Source of the DNA: Acidobacteriota bacterium
GTDB taxonomy: Bacteria; Acidobacteriota; Thermoanaerobaculia; Thermoanaerobaculales; Sulfomarinibacteraceae
Direction of reading: 5' to 3'
NCBI GenBank assembly: GCA_015493585.1
Contig: WGCW01000134.1
Location: 1 to 25,738 of the forward strand
DNA: 25,738 nucleotides
This document shows, one piece after another, positions 22,486-25,738 of this stretch. A program made the position numbers and the translations under genes. The notes beneath the pieces are model-generated. The model was given only the letters and a program-made list of their open reading frames with translations, was not told where the DNA came from and made no database searches. Position 1 is the first letter of the stretch. Every line of letters begins with the position of its first letter.

Positions 22486-25014
22486 ATGCCAGAGTACACG
22501 CCCCTGCACGGCTCCGTCCGCGCGGCGCTCGACGCGATTCTTCCCCGCGTGATGAAGCCCGCCCGCTATCTCGGGCTGGAGCGGAATCTCGTGCGGAAGG
22601 CGTGGGACAGTGTTGCGATCCACGTCGCGCTGGCGTTCCCCGATACGTACGAGATCGGCATGTCCCATCAGGGTTCCCGGATCCTCTATCACCTGGTCAA
22701 CCGCCGTCCGGACGCCCTGGCCGAGCGGACCTACGCGCCGTGGGTCGACATGGCCGCAATGATGCGGGAGCACCGGGTCCCGCTGTACACGCTGGAATCG
22801 TACCGGCCGGTCCGTGATTTCGACGTCGTCGGGATCACGCTCCAGTCCGAGCTCAACTACATCAACGTGCCGTACCTCCTCGACCTCGGCGGTTTGTCCC
22901 GGCGGGCGGCCGATCGCCGGGAGGATGAGCCGATCGTCGTGGGCGGTGGACCGTGCATGGCCAATCCAGAACCGGTCGCCGCCTTCTTCGATGCGATGCT
23001 GATCGGAGACGCCGAGGCGGCTCTCGATCAGATCCTCGACACCATCCGCTCGGCGCGCGAGGCCGGTAGCTCGCGGCTCGGGCTGTTGCGGCGGCTGGCC
23101 GGCATCCCCGGGGTCTACGTGCCCCGGCTGTACCGCTTCGCTGGGAACGGCGCGGAAGGCGTTGCAACCGCCGCCGGGCCGGACGTGCCATACCCCGTCC
23201 AGCGGGTCTGGACGCCACACCTCGACGCCGCCGATCAGCCGGAAGTGCCGATCGTTCCGTTCGCCGGCGTCATCCAGGATCGCCTCGGCATGGAGATCAT
23301 GCGCGGCTGCACACGCGGCTGCCGCTTCTGCCAGGCGGGCTTCTGGTACCGGCCGGTCCGGGAGCACGACCCGGCCGTCATCGCCGAACGCCTGCAGCGC
23401 CAGGCCAGCGAGACCGGGTTCGAGGAAGTCGGCCTCCTGAGCCTCTCCTCGGCCGACTACTCGCAGATCTCACCGCTGGTAGCCACCCTCGCGGCGCGCT
23501 TTGAGGACCGCCGCGTCTCGGTCAGCCTGCCGAGCCTCAGAGCCGACGCATTTTCCGTCAACCTCGCCGATGCTGTCTCCCGCGTTCGCAAGTCGGGGTT
23601 CACCTTTGCCCCGGAGACCGGCTCGGACCGGCTGCGCCGCGTCATCAACAAGACCTTTACCAACGACGAGGTGATCGAGGCTGCCGGCGCCGCGTTTGCC
23701 AAGGGATGGAACCTCCTCAAGCTGTACGCGATGATCGGCCTGCCCACCGAAACCGGCGAGGACCTCCGCGAGCTGGCTGGCCTTGTCCGGAAGCTCGTCG
23801 CGCTCGGGCAAAGGATTCGTGGCCGGCGGGTCGAGGTTAAGCTCTCGGTTGGCTCCTTCATCCCGAAGCCTTGGACGCCGTTCCAGTGGGAGCCGTTTGG
23901 GCCGGTCGACGCTCTCGAACGCAAGATCGCACTGCTCCGCGACGAGCTCCGGCGCGTACGAGGTGCACGGATGACCTGGAACGATCCACATCAGGCCGCT
24001 CTCGAAGCGCTGCTGTCCCGTGGCAGCCGGGCGTTGACCCCAGCCATCGAGCGCGCGTACGAGCTCGGAGCCGTCTTTGACGGGTGGTCCGATCAGCTCA
24101 ACCTCGATGCCTGGGACCGGGCGTGCGCCGAAACCGGCATCGACCGTGAGGCCGAGCTCGGCCCGCGCAGCCTGACCGCCTCGCTTCCGTGGGACGTCAT
24201 CGCGCCCGGCGTCCGCAAGGGCTACCTCAAGGCCGAACGGCGCCGCGCGTTGAACGAAACCGTCACAGGTGACTGCAAGTGGGGCGCCTGCACCCATTGC
24301 GGCATCCCGGGCGATGGCAACGACATCGACCTCGCTCCGGCGACCCTCGCACCGCCCACTGCCCGCCGCCCGGCAATCCGCACCGGGGAGCGAACAGCGC
24401 CGGCCGCCTCCAGACGCGTCCGGATCACCTTTTCCAAGACCGGCGACGCGCGCTTCCTCTCCCATCGCCAAGTCATGGACGCTCTGGAACGGGTCCTGCG
24501 GGCCGCACAGATTCCGGTCCGGTTCACCGGCGGTTTCAACCCCCACATCCGGCTGTCGATGGGGCCGGCGCTGCCGCTCGGCTATGAGGGGCTGGCCGAA
24601 GCGTTCGACATCGAGTGCACAGCTCCACTGCGTCCCGCGCACCTCGAAAGGATCAACGCCAAGCTGCCAGACGGCCTCCGGCTGACCGGAATGACGAGCC
24701 TCCTTCCGGGCGCTCCATCGCTCGGCAAGCTGGCGGCGGCCGCCCGCTACCGGATCAAGCTGCCGGATGGCGCTCCGCCGCTGCGGCGCGAGGCGATCCC
24801 GGACGAGCTCAGACCCGGCGTACAGCTTTGGAAAGAGCTCGAAGGAGGAGCAATCCGAGTGCAGCTCAACCTCCGGCAGCAGGAGGGACCCGCGCCCACC
24901 GTGAGGACCCTGCTGACGGCGCTGGGCGTCCCGGAAACCGGTCAGGCGGCCGCTCGCATCACGCGGGAGGCCGTGATCCTCAAACCAAGAGCCAGATCGC
25001 GGGAGGCCTCATGA
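22486..25014 (+). CDS. Large radical-SAM protein, 842 aa. It appears to be a single-polypeptide fusion of a B12-binding-domain/radical-SAM enzyme (TIGR03960-like) with a radical-SAM-linked DUF2344 (TIGR03936-like) C-terminal domain.
   Basis: CTRGCRFCQAGFW is the CxxxCxxC radical-SAM cluster motif at about residue 275. The N-terminus (VAIHVALAFPDTYEIGMSHQGSRILY) resembles a cobalamin-binding-like Rossmann module. The C-terminal block RVRITFSKTGDARFLSHRQVMDALERVLRAAQIPVRFTGGFNPHIRLSMGPALPLG matches the DUF2344 profile, which I recall usually being a separate adjacent gene. Confidence 0.88.
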   Translation: MPEYTPLHGSVRAALDAILPRVMKPARYLGLERNLVRKAWDSVAIHVALAFPDTYEIGMSHQGSRILYHLVNRRPDALAERTYAPWVDMAAMMREHRVPLYTLESYRPVRDFDVVGITLQSELNYINVPYLLDLGGLSRRAADRREDEPIVVGGGPCMANPEPVAAFFDAMLIGDAEAALDQILDTIRSAREAGSSRLGLLRRLAGIPGVYVPRLYRFAGNGAEGVATAAGPDVPYPVQRVWTPHLDAADQPEVPIVPFAGVIQDRLGMEIMRGCTRGCRFCQAGFWYRPVREHDPAVIAERLQRQASETGFEEVGLLSLSSADYSQISPLVATLAARFEDRRVSVSLPSLRADAFSVNLADAVSRVRKSGFTFAPETGSDRLRRVINKTFTNDEVIEAAGAAFAKGWNLLKLYAMIGLPTETGEDLRELAGLVRKLVALGQRIRGRRVEVKLSVGSFIPKPWTPFQWEPFGPVDALERKIALLRDELRRVRGARMTWNDPHQAALEALLSRGSRALTPAIERAYELGAVFDGWSDQLNLDAWDRACAETGIDREAELGPRSLTASLPWDVIAPGVRKGYLKAERRRALNETVTGDCKWGACTHCGIPGDGNDIDLAPATLAPPTARRPAIRTGERTAPAASRRVRITFSKTGDARFLSHRQVMDALERVLRAAQIPVRFTGGFNPHIRLSMGPALPLGYEGLAEAFDIECTAPLRPAHLERINAKLPDGLRLTGMTSLLPGAPSLGKLAAAARYRIKLPDGAPPLRREAIPDELRPGVQLWKELEGGAIRVQLNLRQQEGPAPTVRTLLTALGVPETGQAAARITREAVILKPRARSREAS

Positions 25015-25433
25015 GCCGCTGGGTCGTGCACAGCCGAGCTGCATTTCACGCGCGCCACGCGCTCGCCCGGTACCGGGGTGAGCCTGAGCATCCGCACGAG
25101 CACCGGTGGAAGGTCGCCATCGAGGCCGGTTTCGAGAGCCTGACCGACGAAGGGTACGCGGCCGACTTCAGTTCGGTCCATGCCCTGCTTCGCTCGCTCG
25201 TCGCCCCGCTCGACGGAAGCGATCTTAGTCAGCACCCCGAGATCGGCGTCCCCTCCCCGACGGCCGAACGCCTCGCCGAATTTCTCGCATCCCGCCTCGC
25301 CGCCCCGCTCGGCGCCCTCGGCGGGCGCCTCCTGACGATCAGCGTCTGGGAAGGTCCTGACAACCGTGTCGACTACCATCCCGATCCAGGTCCCTCCGCC
25401 GGGCTCGAGAACTCGGAGCAGCGCTCAGGCTGA
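25011..25433 (+). CDS. 6-pyruvoyl-tetrahydropterin synthase / QueD-like (T-fold) protein, 140 aa, that lacks the catalytic Cys.
   Basis: AFHARHAL...EPEHPHEHRWKVAIEAG...ADFSSV...LTISVWEGPDNRVDYHP shows the His/HxH zinc triad and the layout of the PTPS/QueD family. The position of the QueD CxxxHGH cysteine is taken by EPEHPHEH. The start forms a 4-nt ATGA overlap with the radical-SAM stop, and GGGAGG lies 4 nt upstream. Confidence 0.7.
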   Translation: MSRWVVHSRAAFHARHALARYRGEPEHPHEHRWKVAIEAGFESLTDEGYAADFSSVHALLRSLVAPLDGSDLSQHPEIGVPSPTAERLAEFLASRLAAPLGALGGRLLTISVWEGPDNRVDYHPDPGPSAGLENSEQRSG

Positions 25434-25461
25434 CCTGGCCGTGAAGGCCTTGAGATTCCGT

Positions 25462-25738
25462 CCCCCCCGCCCAGATCCTTCGCCTCCGGCTCAGGATGAC
25501 CGGGGGAAGTGGCATGGCTCAGGATGACCTGGGGAAGTGGCATGCCTCAGGATGACCGGGACAGTGGAAGGGCTGAAGATAGCCCTGAAAGGGTTGTGCG
25601 ACTCACGACAACGACTGAGGGCGACATTCCGAGGAGACGAAGCGCGCCCTTTCCCTGTCATTCCGAGGAGGCGAAGCCATTCCTCCCTTGTCATCCTGAG
25701 TCGCTCAATCCTCCTACTGTCATCCTGAGTCGCGTGCC
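25462..25738. repeat. Repeat-family member 5; the window ends inside it. The left inverted repeat CCCCCCCGCCCAGATCCTTCGCCTCCG precedes three 28-nt units GCTCAGGATGACCGGGGGAAGTGGCATG (variants), a unique core, GACATTCCGAGGAG / CCCTGTCATTCCGAGGAGG arms, and 2x GTCATCCTGAGTCGC.
   Basis: Units begin at 25481, 25509 and 25537. The tail matches element 1 at 1-60. Confidence 0.85.

Noticed and set aside
24615-25010. The 272-aa ORF 24615..25433 as one gene.
   Set aside because: Its first 132 codons are an alternative frame of the radical-SAM C-terminus (Arg/Pro-rich nonsense). The PTPS-like homology begins exactly at the ATG at 25011, which has GGGAGG upstream.
1-25738. rRNA or tRNA genes.
   Set aside because: I saw no stretch with cloverleaf-type local symmetry or rRNA-like conserved blocks by eye. 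All large non-coding gaps are accounted for by the repeat family or promoter regions. A tRNAscan run would be needed to exclude a tRNA formally.

Overview
High-GC (about 65-67%) bacterial chromosomal window with compact operons. Ribosome-binding sites are strong GGAGG motifs with short spacers, and several gene junctions overlap as ATGA or ATGGTTGA, which suggests translational coupling. Nineteen protein-coding genes are supported from the translations. Forward strand: a secreted protein with a CARDB-like C-terminus; a PilT-type twitching ATPase with a long C-terminal coiled-coil tail; a RecD2-like SF1B helicase; a 48-aa membrane peptide; HtpX; and a four-gene block of Hanks Ser/Thr kinase, Cas4-like PD-(D/E)XK nuclease, a very large radical-SAM fusion protein and a QueD/PTPS-like protein. 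Reverse strand: a five-gene cluster (ABC exporter, YicC, sensor histidine kinase, CheY-like receiver, degenerate-GGDEF + EAL phosphodiesterase); an SPFH/zinc-ribbon protein with a coiled-coil partner; and a bPH-like membrane protein, a secreted protein and QueA. No rRNA, tRNA or CRISPR array was recognised. The main unexplained structure is a family of composite palindromic repeat elements at 1-105, 2177-2547, 10687-11170, 19175-19407 and 25462-25738. Each has a terminal inverted repeat (CCCAGATCCTTCGCCTTCG GCTCAGGATGAC and its reverse complement GTCATCCTGAGC...GAAGGATCTGGG) around an internal tandem array of 27-34 nt units that begin GCTCAGGATGAC or CTCAGAATGACA. These elements sit in every large intergenic gap and divide the window into gene blocks. 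Two further short motifs are shared between upstream regions of different reverse-strand operons, and three forward-strand genes share a TAAGAT -10-like hexamer. Most six-frame ORFs other than those listed are antisense or repeat-derived artefacts typical of high-GC DNA.
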